Position numbers and translations under genes: made by a program. From Candidatus Latescibacterota bacterium (GTDB lineage: Bacteria; Latescibacterota; UBA2968; UBA8231), in the NCBI GenBank assembly GCA_965217585.1, contig OZ244561.1, positions 6,912,001 to 6,976,000 on the forward strand: DNA of 64,000 bases, given 5' to 3'. The notes beneath the pieces were generated by a model, which saw only the letters and a list, made by a program, of their open reading frames with translations, made no database searches and had not been told where the DNA came from. Shown piece by piece: positions 1-10,049 of the stretch (position 1 is its first letter; each line of letters starts with the position of its first letter).

Positions 1-112
1 ATACTACATACTAATTGGAAGGATGAGGGCAAGGCGATAACGGCTTTTCCTACTCCAGATCAAGCCGCCTCTTGACCGAGTTCAAGGGGCGATTTATTTT
101 ATATATCTCTCC

Positions 113-1286
113 GGCTTTGTTGCATGAAAACCGGCGGGGCCGTGTTGCCCCCTGTCTCGTGTGATTTATGCTTTTTTGGTTATCGGATAGGACTCGGGTT
201 TGGCCAACGCCCGCATCCGGTTGAGCACGGCACAGCCCACCCGTGTTTCGGTCTGTTGGTGGGGTAGGGTTCGGGCACGCAAGGTGTCGCCGAGGATCTG
301 TTTGTAGCGGCCGATCTGGGTTTCGACGATGGAGCGGCGATGATAGCCGCTGGTTTTTTTCCACGTTCGACGGCCCCGTTTACGGATGGTTCGGATCGTC
401 TCATCGCGCGGCAACGGCTCGGCTTTGCGGTTGCCATGTTGCTCAATCTTGGCGTCTTTGCGCGGCGGAATGATCGGACGCATCGGCGGGCCCCGGTCTG
501 GCGCGGCCAACGCCTCAAACACCTTGCGCCGATCATAGGCTCCATCCCCGCCCACCGCTCCGATGGGGGCTTCGACTTGATCCAGCAACGGCTCGACCTG
601 CCCCGCATCATCTTGGCTATTCGTCGTCAAGGTCTGTGCAACGATCTCGCCGGTGGCTTCATCCACGCCGAGGTGCAATTTGCGCCACGTGCGCCGCTTG
701 TTCCAGCCGTGCTGACGCACCTTCCACTCGCCTTCGCCATACACCTTCAACCCCGTCGCGTCGACGACCAAGTGCAGGGGTTGATCCTTGGGCTGTGTAG
801 GCATCGCCACCGCCAAGTCGGCCTGACGCCGCGATAGGGTCGTGTGATCCGGCACCCGTACCGCCAAGCCCATCAAGGCCAACACCGAAGCGACGAACCC
901 CTCGGTTTGGCGCAGCGGCAAGTGATACAAAAGCCGCAGCGTCAACGCCGTTTGGATGGCACCATCCGAAAAGGTATATTGGGCCCCCCGTTGGGGCGGC
1001 CCTTGATAATACCACGCTTCGACCGCTTGGGGCGTGAACCACACGGTCAAGCTACCGCGCTGTTGTAGCCCCGCATCGTAGTCCGGCCAATTACGCACCC
1101 GATACCCGACCTTCGAGCGACGGCGACAGGGCTTGACCGAAGACGGGCAAGACGATACGTTGGACATGACAGGTTCCTTGGAAGAGAAGGCATGGGTTTT
1201 TTAGCGAGAGTCGTGCTCAATCTACTGAGGAGCCTGTTTTTATTCAAACGAGCAACCGAAAAAACACCGATTCATGCACCAAAGCC
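113..1286 (-). mobile_element. Complete IS5-family (IS903 group) insertion sequence, 1174 bp
   Basis: IRs GGCTTTGTTGCATGAA (113-128) and TTCATGCACCAAAGCC (1271-1286), one mismatch; 9-bp direct repeat TATCTCTCC at 104-112 and 1287-1295; encloses a DDE transposase. Confidence 0.95.
166..1167 (-). CDS. IS5 family (IS903-like) DDE transposase
   Basis: YRVRNWxxYDxGLxxRGSLTVW, PDHTTLSRR, VDATGLKVYGEGEW, WRKLHLGVD, DGAYD and YHRRSIVET motifs typical of IS903-group transposases. Confidence 0.95.
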   Translation of the reverse strand: MSNVSSCPSSVKPCRRRSKVGYRVRNWPDYDAGLQQRGSLTVWFTPQAVEAWYYQGPPQRGAQYTFSDGAIQTALTLRLLYHLPLRQTEGFVASVLALMGLAVRVPDHTTLSRRQADLAVAMPTQPKDQPLHLVVDATGLKVYGEGEWKVRQHGWNKRRTWRKLHLGVDEATGEIVAQTLTTNSQDDAGQVEPLLDQVEAPIGAVGGDGAYDRRKVFEALAAPDRGPPMRPIIPPRKDAKIEQHGNRKAEPLPRDETIRTIRKRGRRTWKKTSGYHRRSIVETQIGRYKQILGDTLRARTLPHQQTETRVGCAVLNRMRALAKPESYPITKKA

Positions 1287-1307
1287 TATCTCTCCTCGGA
1301 TACAATC

Positions 1308-1802
1308 ATGGGCAAATGGTTATCAAAGATAACAGAAGCAGCAGTGATATGGATTACAACAGCATTAATACAAATATCGTCCTGTTCATCAGACGACAAG
1401 CCAGAACCTATGTTTGCGAATGAGGAGTTTACGATAAATGAAGGGGAAACATATACCGGCACAATATGGTTAAATAAAAAATGGGGAACGCCTTTGCAAA
1501 TAGGATTGGTGACCGAAAACAGGGAAAGACAAGCAATGGCGTCGAATAATGACTATAAATTGAATCCGCAAACAATAGAATTTAAACCAGGAGAAAACGA
1601 ACAGAAATTTATAATAGAAGCTCTTAAGGACTCTCTGATAGAAGTGCAAGAAATAATCGTCTTGCGACTTTTCAATATAGAAGAAATGGAAAATTATACA
1701 TACTACGGATCAAGCTCAGGAAGAAGCAAAATAATTATAATGATTAATGACACAACTCCACGCAATAAAGAATCCGAAGAACTTCCGTGGGCATGGCCGT
1801 AG
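1308..1802 (+). CDS. AT-rich putative lipoprotein with Calx-beta-like domain
   Basis: Hydrophobic N-terminus with ISSC lipobox-like motif; 'DY..TIEFKPGE..K.I.I....D...E..E...L.L' pattern of Calx-beta; much lower GC than the rest of the window. Confidence 0.6.
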   Translation: MGKWLSKITEAAVIWITTALIQISSCSSDDKPEPMFANEEFTINEGETYTGTIWLNKKWGTPLQIGLVTENRERQAMASNNDYKLNPQTIEFKPGENEQKFIIEALKDSLIEVQEIIVLRLFNIEEMENYTYYGSSSGRSKIIIMINDTTPRNKESEELPWAWP

Positions 1803-1948
1803 GAAATTGGGTCTTATTTTATATAAAGGCCAAAGTAAATAGTATATATTTCACCTAAGTGTGGAGTCGGCCGAAACCCTTCCCCTCCTCCGGCCATGCC
1901 CTCGCAACCATCCCCGGGCCGCAAGCCCCTCGATCGGAAAGTCGTCCC

Positions 1949-3385
1949 ATGCACTTTGACGCCTACGATCTCAACGCCGCAACCTACGATGAGATGTTCC
2001 TGCCCGACGGCACGCCCCGCCCACACTACCGCGAATTATACGACACCTTGTGCCGGCTCTCAGACGAGGAAATCGGCGCGATCCAAGAGCGAGTAACGCA
2101 CTCTTTCTCCACCGAAGGCATCACCTTCACCGTCTATGGCGACGACGAGGCCGACGAGCGCATCATTCCCATCGACTGCGTGCCCCGGCTCCTCTCGGCT
2201 GCCGAGTGGCAACATCTAGAAAGCGGCCTAACCCAGCGCATCGCTGCCCTGAACCGCTTCCTAGAGGACGTGTACAGCGAAGCCCGCATCATCGCCGATG
2301 GCGTGATCCCGACCGATGTGGTGCGCGGCTGTCCCCAGTACCACATCGAGATGCGCGGAGTCTCCGTCCCCCACGGCACGTGGGTCGCCGTCTGCGGCAC
2401 CGACCTAGTGCGCACCCAAGACGACGGCTTCGTAGTGCTTGAGGACAACCTACGAGTGCCCTCGGGCGTGTCCTATATGATCGCCAACCGCAAGGTGGTG
2501 AAGACCAGCTTGCGCCGCCTCTATCGGAGCTGCCGAGTGCGAGAGGTGGAGCACTACGGGCAAGTGTTCCTCCAGACTTTGCGCGACCTCGCCCCCGAGG
2601 GATGCACCGACCCCTGCATCGTCCTGCTCACGCCCGGAGTCTATAACTCGGCCTTTTACGAACATATGTTCCTAGCGCATGAGATTGGCGCATCACTCGT
2701 GGAAGGCCGCGACCTGCTAGTCAACGACGGCTTCGTGTACATGCGCACCACCACGGGGCTGCGGCGCGTCGATGTGATCTACCGCCGGGTGGACGACGAC
2801 TTCCTCGACCCCCTCGTCTTCCGCCCCGACTCCCTGCTCGGGGTGCCTGGGCTGCTGCACGCCTTTAAGCTCGGGCACGTGGCTTTAGCAAACGCACCGG
2901 GGACGGGCGTGGCCGACGACAAAAGCGTCTATGCCTACGTCCCTGACATGATCCGCTATTACCTAGGCGAGGAACCGATCCTCGCCAATGTGGAGACCCA
3001 CCTGTGCCGCCGGCCGGAGAGCCTAGAGTACACCCTCGACAACCTCGACAACCTCGTGGTGAAGCGCGTGGGCGAATCCGGCGGCTACGGTATGCTCATC
3101 GGTCCGCACGCAACACCCGCGGAGCGCACAGCCTACGCCGAGGAAATTCGCGCCGAGCCAGCCAATTTTATCTCCCAGCCGGTGCTCGCGCTCTCAAGCA
3201 CACCCTGCTTCATTGAGGGCCGCGCTGAGCCGCGCCATGTTGACCTGCGTCCTTTTGTCCTCCACGGCCGCGAGACCCGCATCGTGCCCGGGGCCTTCTG
3301 CCGCGTGGCGCTGCGCCGAGGCAGCCTCGTGGTCAATTCCAGCCAAGGCGGAGGCGGCAAGGACCTCTGGGTCCTGGAGGCCTGA
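1949..3385 (+). CDS. Circularly permuted type 2 ATP-grasp protein
   Basis: YDEM, GITFTVYG, VLEDNLRVPSGVSY, VIYRRVDDDFLDP, NAPGTGVADDK, PRHVDLRPF, VVNSSQGGGGKD. ATG at 1949 preferred over the ORF-track start at 1859. Confidence 0.93.
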   Translation: MHFDAYDLNAATYDEMFLPDGTPRPHYRELYDTLCRLSDEEIGAIQERVTHSFSTEGITFTVYGDDEADERIIPIDCVPRLLSAAEWQHLESGLTQRIAALNRFLEDVYSEARIIADGVIPTDVVRGCPQYHIEMRGVSVPHGTWVAVCGTDLVRTQDDGFVVLEDNLRVPSGVSYMIANRKVVKTSLRRLYRSCRVREVEHYGQVFLQTLRDLAPEGCTDPCIVLLTPGVYNSAFYEHMFLAHEIGASLVEGRDLLVNDGFVYMRTTTGLRRVDVIYRRVDDDFLDPLVFRPDSLLGVPGLLHAFKLGHVALANAPGTGVADDKSVYAYVPDMIRYYLGEEPILANVETHLCRRPESLEYTLDNLDNLVVKRVGESGGYGMLIGPHATPAERTAYAEEIRAEPANFISQPVLALSSTPCFIEGRAEPRHVDLRPFVLHGRETRIVPGAFCRVALRRGSLVVNSSQGGGGKDLWVLEA

Positions 3386-4357
3386 ATGCTCTCGCGCAGC
3401 GCCCAAGGGCTGTACTGGATGGGCCGCTACCTCGAGCGGGCGGAACATCTGTGCCGCCTGTTGCGCTTGCAGGTAGAAACGCTGGTGGACCGGCCGATCT
3501 CTGAGATCCATTTTGGCTGGAGTCGGATCTACGGCTGCTTGGGGCGACGGCTACCCTTTGGGGGCGATTTCGAGTCCGACGAGAGCGACGACTACACCCT
3601 AGCCGATTCCTACACCCTAACGGACGACCTCACGTTCGAGCGCTCCAACCCCGATTCAGTCTGGAACTGCTTTTCCCTCGGCCGCGAGAACGCCCGCCAA
3701 GTGCGCCACTGCATCAGCGCCGAGATGTGGACCTGCCTGAACTTGGCCTGGCTGCGCATCCGCGACCTAAGTATCGAGAATATCTGGAAGGTCTCCCCGG
3801 AGAGCTTCTACGCGGAGACCTCGCGGGAAATCGACACCTTCACCGGGGTGGCCGACGCGACCATGTACCGCGACGAGGGCTGGCACTTCATGCGGCTCGG
3901 CCGTTTCATCGAGCACTCCCAACGGCTGGTCGCATTGCTCCTCGCTCAGTTCGCCGCCGGCCGCGCGCAGGGCGAAACCTCGGACACGGACTGGACGTGC
4001 CTGTTGCGCTCATGCCAAGCATTCGACGCCTACAAACGCAGCTACAGCGTCGAGATCCAGCCGGAGCGGGTGATAGATCTGCTCGTTACCGATCCTCTGC
4101 TGCCTGGGTCGCTGTGCCGCGTGCTCGACGCGCTAGCAGCAGAGCTGGCAGCCATCGGGGCGAGCCCTAACTCGCACGCTGGAGCCGAGGCCGAGCGGCT
4201 CGCCGGCCGACTGTGTACCCTAGTCTGCTACGAGTGGCCGGACCGGGAAGACCGGGAAGCACTTCTCGTGCAGGTGGGCGAGGAGTGCCGCAAGCTCCAC
4301 GCGCTCGTGACCACGGCGTATATCGATTATGCCGTCGAAGACTCTCCAGTCCACTAA
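3386..4357 (+). CDS. Alpha-E domain protein
   Basis: MLSRxAxxLYWMGRYLERAE, RENARQVR..IS.EMW, M.RDEGWHF..LGR; immediately downstream of the CP ATP-grasp gene. Confidence 0.92.
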   Translation: MLSRSAQGLYWMGRYLERAEHLCRLLRLQVETLVDRPISEIHFGWSRIYGCLGRRLPFGGDFESDESDDYTLADSYTLTDDLTFERSNPDSVWNCFSLGRENARQVRHCISAEMWTCLNLAWLRIRDLSIENIWKVSPESFYAETSREIDTFTGVADATMYRDEGWHFMRLGRFIEHSQRLVALLLAQFAAGRAQGETSDTDWTCLLRSCQAFDAYKRSYSVEIQPERVIDLLVTDPLLPGSLCRVLDALAAELAAIGASPNSHAGAEAERLAGRLCTLVCYEWPDREDREALLVQVGEECRKLHALVTTAYIDYAVEDSPVH

Positions 4358-4361
4358 CGCC

Positions 4362-5231
4362 ATGACTGGAGCCGTCCGTTACGAGATCGAACACCTCTCT
4401 CGCTACTGCTACACAGCCCCAGCCCAGCAGTGCGTGATGCTCCTGTGTCTGGAGCCGCGCGAGGATCGAGGGCAGCGGCTCCTAGATTTTGCGATTGAGA
4501 CGCAACCTCCGGCCAACCTAAACCGCGAGACGGACTGTTTCGGCAACACGCGGCACCTCCTCGACCTCCACCAAGCGCACCAAATCTTGGAGATCACGAC
4601 CCGCTCCACGGTCGAAACAGTGCCCACCTCTCCGCTCCCAGCGCGCTTGCACCCCGCTGCCTGGGAAGAGATCCGCTCCCTTGGAGAATCGTGCGCCTAT
4701 TGGGACTTCACACACCCGAGCGCGCTGGTCCACCCCTCGCCCGCACTCGCCGCGTTCGTCGATCGGCATCGCATCGAACCTGTGGACGATCCGCTCGAAA
4801 GTCTGCTGCAACTGTCGCACACGCTCCACCACTGCTTGCACTACATCCCGGGCAGCACCACGACGGAATCCCCCGTCGAGCACATCCTCGAAACCGGTCG
4901 GGGCGTCTGCCAAGATTATGCCCACCTGATGATTGCCATCGCGCGTTCCTGGGACATCCCCGCCCGCTATGTTTCGGGCTACCTGAACCCCGGCGAGCAG
5001 GCACAAAGCAATGCCACACACGCTTGGGTCGAATGCCGACTGCCAGAGCTTGGCTGGGTCGGCTTCGATCCGACCAACCAGAGCTTCGCCGGCGAAGGGG
5101 GGAAAGTACACATCGCAGTAGGGCGCGATTACCGCGATGTGTCACCGACGCGCGGCGTCCTCCAAGGCGGAGGAGAAACCCGTCTCGAAGTCGATGTGCG
5201 GACGCGTTCCTTTCCTATTGAATCACCATAG
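4362..5231 (+). CDS. Transglutaminase-like family protein with N-terminal bacterial transglutaminase domain
   Basis: GVCQDYAH, ARYVSGY, HAWVE, GWVGFDPTN and GRDYRDV motifs (Cys-His-Asp triad). Start at the second Met. Confidence 0.92.
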   Translation: MTGAVRYEIEHLSRYCYTAPAQQCVMLLCLEPREDRGQRLLDFAIETQPPANLNRETDCFGNTRHLLDLHQAHQILEITTRSTVETVPTSPLPARLHPAAWEEIRSLGESCAYWDFTHPSALVHPSPALAAFVDRHRIEPVDDPLESLLQLSHTLHHCLHYIPGSTTTESPVEHILETGRGVCQDYAHLMIAIARSWDIPARYVSGYLNPGEQAQSNATHAWVECRLPELGWVGFDPTNQSFAGEGGKVHIAVGRDYRDVSPTRGVLQGGGETRLEVDVRTRSFPIESP

Positions 5232-5283
5232 GCATAGGTCTTAACTTGAGGGAAAATTCAACCACATCACATGGGAGGGAATT

Positions 5284-5724
5284 ATGAATACGCTCAAGCG
5301 AATTAGTGGCATATTTCTCGTCGTGATGGCGATTGCGGTCGCAGTTCACACCGTAGTCGAACCGCTCTATCACGTCTCCAGCGAAGGACAGCCGTACAGC
5401 CCGTTTTGGTCCATCTTGGACCGGTTGATGGCCCTAGCCATTGCGTTGGGCGTGATATTCGGCTACCTCCGCAAGAAAGCCGCTGACAGCGAGGGGGACA
5501 GCGGCGCGGTGACGCGCGAGTTTGTTGCCGCCAATGTGCAGTTCTACGGCTTTCTGTTCGTGGGCATCCTGTTCTTCTGGAACTGGTTTATCCTGCTCAG
5601 TCCTGCATTCACCGCCGCAGGAGGGAATACGGCCTCCCTCGTGTGGATCCTCATCGACGCCACCCTGCCACTGCTTGCGGGCGCGATGGGCGTGTTCCTG
5701 TTGCGCGGCAGTAGAGACAGCTAG
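5284..5724 (+). CDS. Hypothetical 4-TM membrane protein
   Basis: Four hydrophobic segments; GGGAGGGA RBS just upstream. Confidence 0.7.
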   Translation: MNTLKRISGIFLVVMAIAVAVHTVVEPLYHVSSEGQPYSPFWSILDRLMALAIALGVIFGYLRKKAADSEGDSGAVTREFVAANVQFYGFLFVGILFFWNWFILLSPAFTAAGGNTASLVWILIDATLPLLAGAMGVFLLRGSRDS

Positions 5725-5797
5725 GCCAGACGTTGCCAGTAGAATCAGTTCGATTTTAAAGACATGACCGAAACCATGCGCCCAAGCGAATTGCTTC

Positions 5798-6823
5798 TTA
5801 CAGATAATCCGCAATTCGCTTGGGCTGTCCATCCACCGTCGTCTCCATCGCCGCAATCACCAACGCGAAACTCTGCAAATTATCTTCAATCCTCGTCGCC
5901 GACGCCTTGCCCCCCTCCAGCCAATCCACAAACTCCTTGAACAAATACTCGTGCCCTGCCCACTCCATCGCTGGTGCCCCATACACCTCCACCTCCTGCC
6001 CCACCCGATAAATCCGCACCTCGTCTCCCGCGCCTATCTCCACCGTCCCTTCCTCGAACTCCAAGCGATAGTACTCGCTGTGCCAACAACTCTTAATCCC
6101 CGCCGCCGAACTGTTCCCCTCGTATGCAGTATGCACTCCATTGTCCATCCTCATCAGATAAAATCCGCTCGAATAGTGTTTAAAGCTCGACCACGCCGGG
6201 TTCCACCCAAATCCTTGAAACACCTCGCAATTCCCCCCCGACAAAAAGCGCATCATGTCGAAGTGATGCACCGAACCTTCAAAGAGCAGGCTGAAATCCA
6301 TGTCGTGTCGCCACTCCTTGCCCCACGACTTGTATTCGCGATAGTCGCAGGCGTAGCGGCCAAAGATGTGCTGTAGCCGCCCCAATCGCCCTTCCTCGCG
6401 AATCCGCACCACCTCCTGCTTGTTGGGCGCGTAGCGGTAATTCTGGATAATCGCGCACGGCAGCCCCGTCTCCTCGGCCTTAGCTGCCATCGCCTTGGCC
6501 GCTGCTAACGTATCGGCAATCGGCTTCTCGCAAATAACCGGCAGCCCCGCTTCCAGCGCGGCAATGGCCTGCGGGCTGTGGAACTGCGGCGGGGTGGCAA
6601 TGCCGCAGAAATCGGCCTGCACCTTGGCGCAAGCCTCTTCGCAATCGGTAAAGAGCTGATCGGCCCCCAAACCGAGCTTGGCCCCTTGAGCCGCGAGCAC
6701 TTCCTCGTTGACATCCACCAGCCCGACGATCTGGATTCTGTCGCCGAGGCGCTGAGTCATCCGCTCGATCCAGCTCCCAGCCATGCCGCTGGCACCGATC
6801 ATCAAACACGTCTTAACTGCCAT
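5798..6823 (-). CDS. Gfo/Idh/MocA family oxidoreductase
   Basis: Rossmann IGASGMA, TPPQFH, VICEKP, EGSVHHFD. Confidence 0.9.
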   Translation of the reverse strand: MAVKTCLMIGASGMAGSWIERMTQRLGDRIQIVGLVDVNEEVLAAQGAKLGLGADQLFTDCEEACAKVQADFCGIATPPQFHSPQAIAALEAGLPVICEKPIADTLAAAKAMAAKAEETGLPCAIIQNYRYAPNKQEVVRIREEGRLGRLQHIFGRYACDYREYKSWGKEWRHDMDFSLLFEGSVHHFDMMRFLSGGNCEVFQGFGWNPAWSSFKHYSSGFYLMRMDNGVHTAYEGNSSAAGIKSCWHSEYYRLEFEEGTVEIGAGDEVRIYRVGQEVEVYGAPAMEWAGHEYLFKEFVDWLEGGKASATRIEDNLQSFALVIAAMETTVDGQPKRIADYL

Positions 6824-6960
6824 GACACTCCCTTTCTATCAATTGTAACACAATGGCCACATGAATTTAAGGTCCGACAAGCGATGCAAAATTCCTTATA
6901 ATAGGTGTTTCTTTATAAAGCGCCTCTTTTATCCACATCCCCAAATTGAACGGCAAACGC

Positions 6961-8244
6961 ATGCGAAAGCGCACAATTGAGCAAGGAATTTTGGTCTTTC
7001 CCGCTGGCGCTGCAACCGATGTGCAGGTTGCTGGCCGCACCCTCCTCCAGCGCGGGATCCGCACCATGGCCAGCGCCGGCATCAAGCGCGTCTTGGTCGT
7101 GCTCCCCGGCCACACCCCCAGCGGCAAATCCCTGGTCCCCGACCTCGACATCCAAGTAGAGCAAACCACCCCGGAGGCCGCTCGCCTACCCGACGCGCCC
7201 TTGCTGCTGCTCAGGGGCGATTGCGTCCACCACCATTCCTCACTGCAAGCCCTTATCGACGCGGGCCTGCAACGAGATGACCTCGTCGCGCAGACCAGCG
7301 ATGGCGTCAGCAGCGGAGCGTTCCTCTGCGCCCCAGGCGCATTGCCCTCGGATGCGCTAACCAGCGACCTTTGGAGTTCGCTCGCAGCGCGCCCGCACCG
7401 CCGCGAAGACATCGCGCCGCATCTGTGGCAGCACGTAACCGACAAGCGCAGTGCGCGCGCCGCCAAGAACATGCTCTTCGACCAAGTGAGCAAGGCCACC
7501 AGCGGCACGGTAGCGCACCTGCTCAACGTGCGCATCTCCGTGCCCATCAGCAAGCTCATCGTCGATACCGGCATCTCGCCCAACATGGTGACCTTTTTCA
7601 TGGTCCTGTGCCCGGGCCTGTTCGCCGCCTATCTGGCGACGCAGCCCGACGACTACTTGCGGCTCGCCATCGCCGGTGTCCTCTGGCAGCTCGCCTCCAT
7701 TCTCGACGGCTGTGACGGCGAGATCGCCCGAGTCAAGCTGGCCGAGACCAAGTTCGGCGCTTGGTTCGATACGGTTACCGACAACCTCGCCTATCTCTTC
7801 GGCTACGCCGCGCTGATGGCCGGTATGTGGCATCTCTATCCCGACAACTACCTGCCCATCTACGCCGGCATCTCCGCCATCGCCTCGATGGTCCTGACCC
7901 TAGTCCTGCTCTACAGCTACGCCCTAAAAACCGGCACCGGCAGCCTACAGTATTACCTCGGCGACTTGGGCAACAAGGTTCCCGATGGCGAAAAGGACTG
8001 GAGCTATCAGTTCCTAGAGCGCGCCGGCTTTATTACCAAGCGGGACTTCCTCTCGTTGTTCATCGCCGTCGGCTTGGTGGCCAATCTGTTGGCGGTCGTT
8101 TATTGGCTCTTGGTCGTCCTGCTGCACGTAGCGGCGCTGGGCGTTTTGACCACCCACTATCGGCTGATGGGCAACCAGCGCGCCGCCGAGCGGCAGATCG
8201 CCTCGCTTCCGGCACCGGCCGTCAACCCAGAGGAGATCGCGTGA
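6961..8244 (+). CDS. CDP-alcohol phosphatidyltransferase with N-terminal degenerate nucleotidyltransferase-like domain
   Basis: SPNMVT and LDGCDGEIARVKLAETKFGAWFDTVTD signature; N-terminal 'VAGRTLLQRGIRTMASAGIKRVLVV' resembles NTP_transf. Start could be 6946 or 6961. Confidence 0.85.
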   Translation: MRKRTIEQGILVFPAGAATDVQVAGRTLLQRGIRTMASAGIKRVLVVLPGHTPSGKSLVPDLDIQVEQTTPEAARLPDAPLLLLRGDCVHHHSSLQALIDAGLQRDDLVAQTSDGVSSGAFLCAPGALPSDALTSDLWSSLAARPHRREDIAPHLWQHVTDKRSARAAKNMLFDQVSKATSGTVAHLLNVRISVPISKLIVDTGISPNMVTFFMVLCPGLFAAYLATQPDDYLRLAIAGVLWQLASILDGCDGEIARVKLAETKFGAWFDTVTDNLAYLFGYAALMAGMWHLYPDNYLPIYAGISAIASMVLTLVLLYSYALKTGTGSLQYYLGDLGNKVPDGEKDWSYQFLERAGFITKRDFLSLFIAVGLVANLLAVVYWLLVVLLHVAALGVLTTHYRLMGNQRAAERQIASLPAPAVNPEEIA

Positions 8245-9272
8245 AAGCCCTGCAAATTTCCATGGTCGCCGTTGGCTTCCTGCTGCTGGGCTATCTCGTC
8301 GGCCAGCTCGGGGTTGACGAGGTCCTCCACCACTTAGACGCGATCAAGTGGATGTTCCCCTTGCTGTTGCTGCCCTCGTGCGCTTGGCACCTCTCCAACA
8401 CGATCGCTTGGAACTTCGCCTTCCCGCCCGACGCCTTCAAACCGCGGCTGCCCACCCTTTTTGCAGCCAAGCTAGCCGGCGAGGCGGTCAATCAACTCAC
8501 GCCGCTGGCCAATCTCGGCGGCGAGCCAGTCAAGGCCTATTTGCTCACCCATCGGACACCTGGCCCGCGCGGCATGGCTTCGGTGGTCGTTGACAAAACC
8601 GCGCAAATTGCGGTCGGCCTGTCCTTTACCGTCCTCGGCCTAGGGCTGTTGTTTTACTACCACGACGTGTCCGAGCTTATCTCCTTGGAATACCGGGTCT
8701 TGTTCGCGTGTCTGCTCATTGTCAGCTTGGCGGCCTTCTGGATCTTCTACAAGTTTCAAGAGCGCATGTTCACGTCCCTGCTCAAACTGCTCCGCTCGGC
8801 CGGTCTGCGCACCGACATGATCGAGCGCAATATGGGGCGCGCGGCACGCATCGACACCAATATCGGGGCCTTCTACCGCACCCACCGCACCCGCTTTCTA
8901 CGCGCCTTGTTCTTTCAGAGCATCGGCTGGTTTATGGGTACCTGTGAGACCTACGCCATCCTCTGGGCACTGGACGCGGGCGTCGGTTTTTGGTTTTGTT
9001 TTCTGCTCAACGCCTTGGGCGCGGTCATCAACGCCCTGTTCTTCTTCATACCCTCCAATATTGGGGTCATGGAAGGCAGCCTCGTATTTCTGTTTTCCAG
9101 CTTGGGATTAGACCCGTCTCTCGGCCTGTCTTTGGGTCTTACACGCCGCCTGCGCCGCGTGTTCTGGATTTTCATCGGCTGGACTTTCCTCAGCTATATG
9201 AGTCGCACCGCGCTCCAGCGCCGTCCTGCAACGGCCTTAACCATGCTTCAGGAACAAGAAAACCCGCGCTGA
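8241..9272 (+). CDS. Lysylphosphatidylglycerol-synthase-TM / flippase-like membrane protein
   Basis: GTG start after AGGAG, overlapping the previous stop; NQLTPLANLGGEPVKAYLL and IPSNIGVMEG motifs; multiple TMs. Confidence 0.85.
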   Translation: MKALQISMVAVGFLLLGYLVGQLGVDEVLHHLDAIKWMFPLLLLPSCAWHLSNTIAWNFAFPPDAFKPRLPTLFAAKLAGEAVNQLTPLANLGGEPVKAYLLTHRTPGPRGMASVVVDKTAQIAVGLSFTVLGLGLLFYYHDVSELISLEYRVLFACLLIVSLAAFWIFYKFQERMFTSLLKLLRSAGLRTDMIERNMGRAARIDTNIGAFYRTHRTRFLRALFFQSIGWFMGTCETYAILWALDAGVGFWFCFLLNALGAVINALFFFIPSNIGVMEGSLVFLFSSLGLDPSLGLSLGLTRRLRRVFWIFIGWTFLSYMSRTALQRRPATALTMLQEQENPR

Positions 9273-9296
9273 CCCCGACCCACAAGAGATAGAGCA

Positions 9297-10049
9297 ATGC
9301 GTCGACACATACTCGCTGGCCTAGCGGGCTACTGCGTCCTCTCTCTATACACTGCCTCTGCCCAAGATGCGCCTCCGGATGGAGGCGAGTACGAAGCCCC
9401 TCCCTACCTCGTCATCGAAGACTTTGCCACCACGCCCCTAGACAGCCTGCCCCGTGGCTGGCGCTGGCGCGGCAAGGACGACGACAAACCCAAGCTCTAC
9501 GCCGTCCGCGAGGCCAACGGCCGCCGCTACCTAGCCGCGCAGGACACCGGCCACTCGGTCGTCCTCATGAAGATATTCCCCTGGGATCCCCGGCAATATC
9601 CAATTATGACTTGGTGCTGGCGCGCCGACGCCCTGCCGCCGGGGGGAGACGAGCGCTATACCGAGACCAACGACAGCGCCGCCGGGGTGCACGTCGTTTT
9701 TTCGCGCAGCTTCCTCTTCAGCATCCCGCGACAGATCAAATACGTGTGGAGCACGACCTTAGCCCCGGGTACCGTCTCCCGCCGCAAAGGCATTGGCCGC
9801 CCTTGGTTTGTCGTGCTCCAAAGCGGGCCGGAGAAGTTGGGGCAATGGCTCCAAGAGTGGGTCGATCTAGAAAGGGATCACGAGCGTACTTTGTCGTCCG
9901 ACCTACCAAAAAAAACCATCGGCATAGCCTTGCTCACCGATGCCAATTCGACACGGGGACACGCCGCAGCAGCCTACGCCGACTTCCGGGTCTGGCCGCG
10001 GGCAGCGCTGGCGCACATCCCCAACTACTGCGCCGGCCTCCCCCCATGA
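9297..10049 (+). CDS. DUF3047 domain secreted protein
   Basis: Signal peptide; W.WR...LP.GGDE....NDSAA, IKYVWS, W..E.VDL..D, IALLTD.NST pattern. Confidence 0.8.
   Translation: MRRHILAGLAGYCVLSLYTASAQDAPPDGGEYEAPPYLVIEDFATTPLDSLPRGWRWRGKDDDKPKLYAVREANGRRYLAAQDTGHSVVLMKIFPWDPRQYPIMTWCWRADALPPGGDERYTETNDSAAGVHVVFSRSFLFSIPRQIKYVWSTTLAPGTVSRRKGIGRPWFVVLQSGPEKLGQWLQEWVDLERDHERTLSSDLPKKTIGIALLTDANSTRGHAAAAYADFRVWPRAALAHIPNYCAGLPP

Noticed and set aside
7761-8240. Long N-terminal extensions in the ORF track (7761, 9611, 22050, 57809 and others)
   Set aside because: They overlap upstream genes or lack family motifs; internal starts with an RBS or stop/start overlap fit better.
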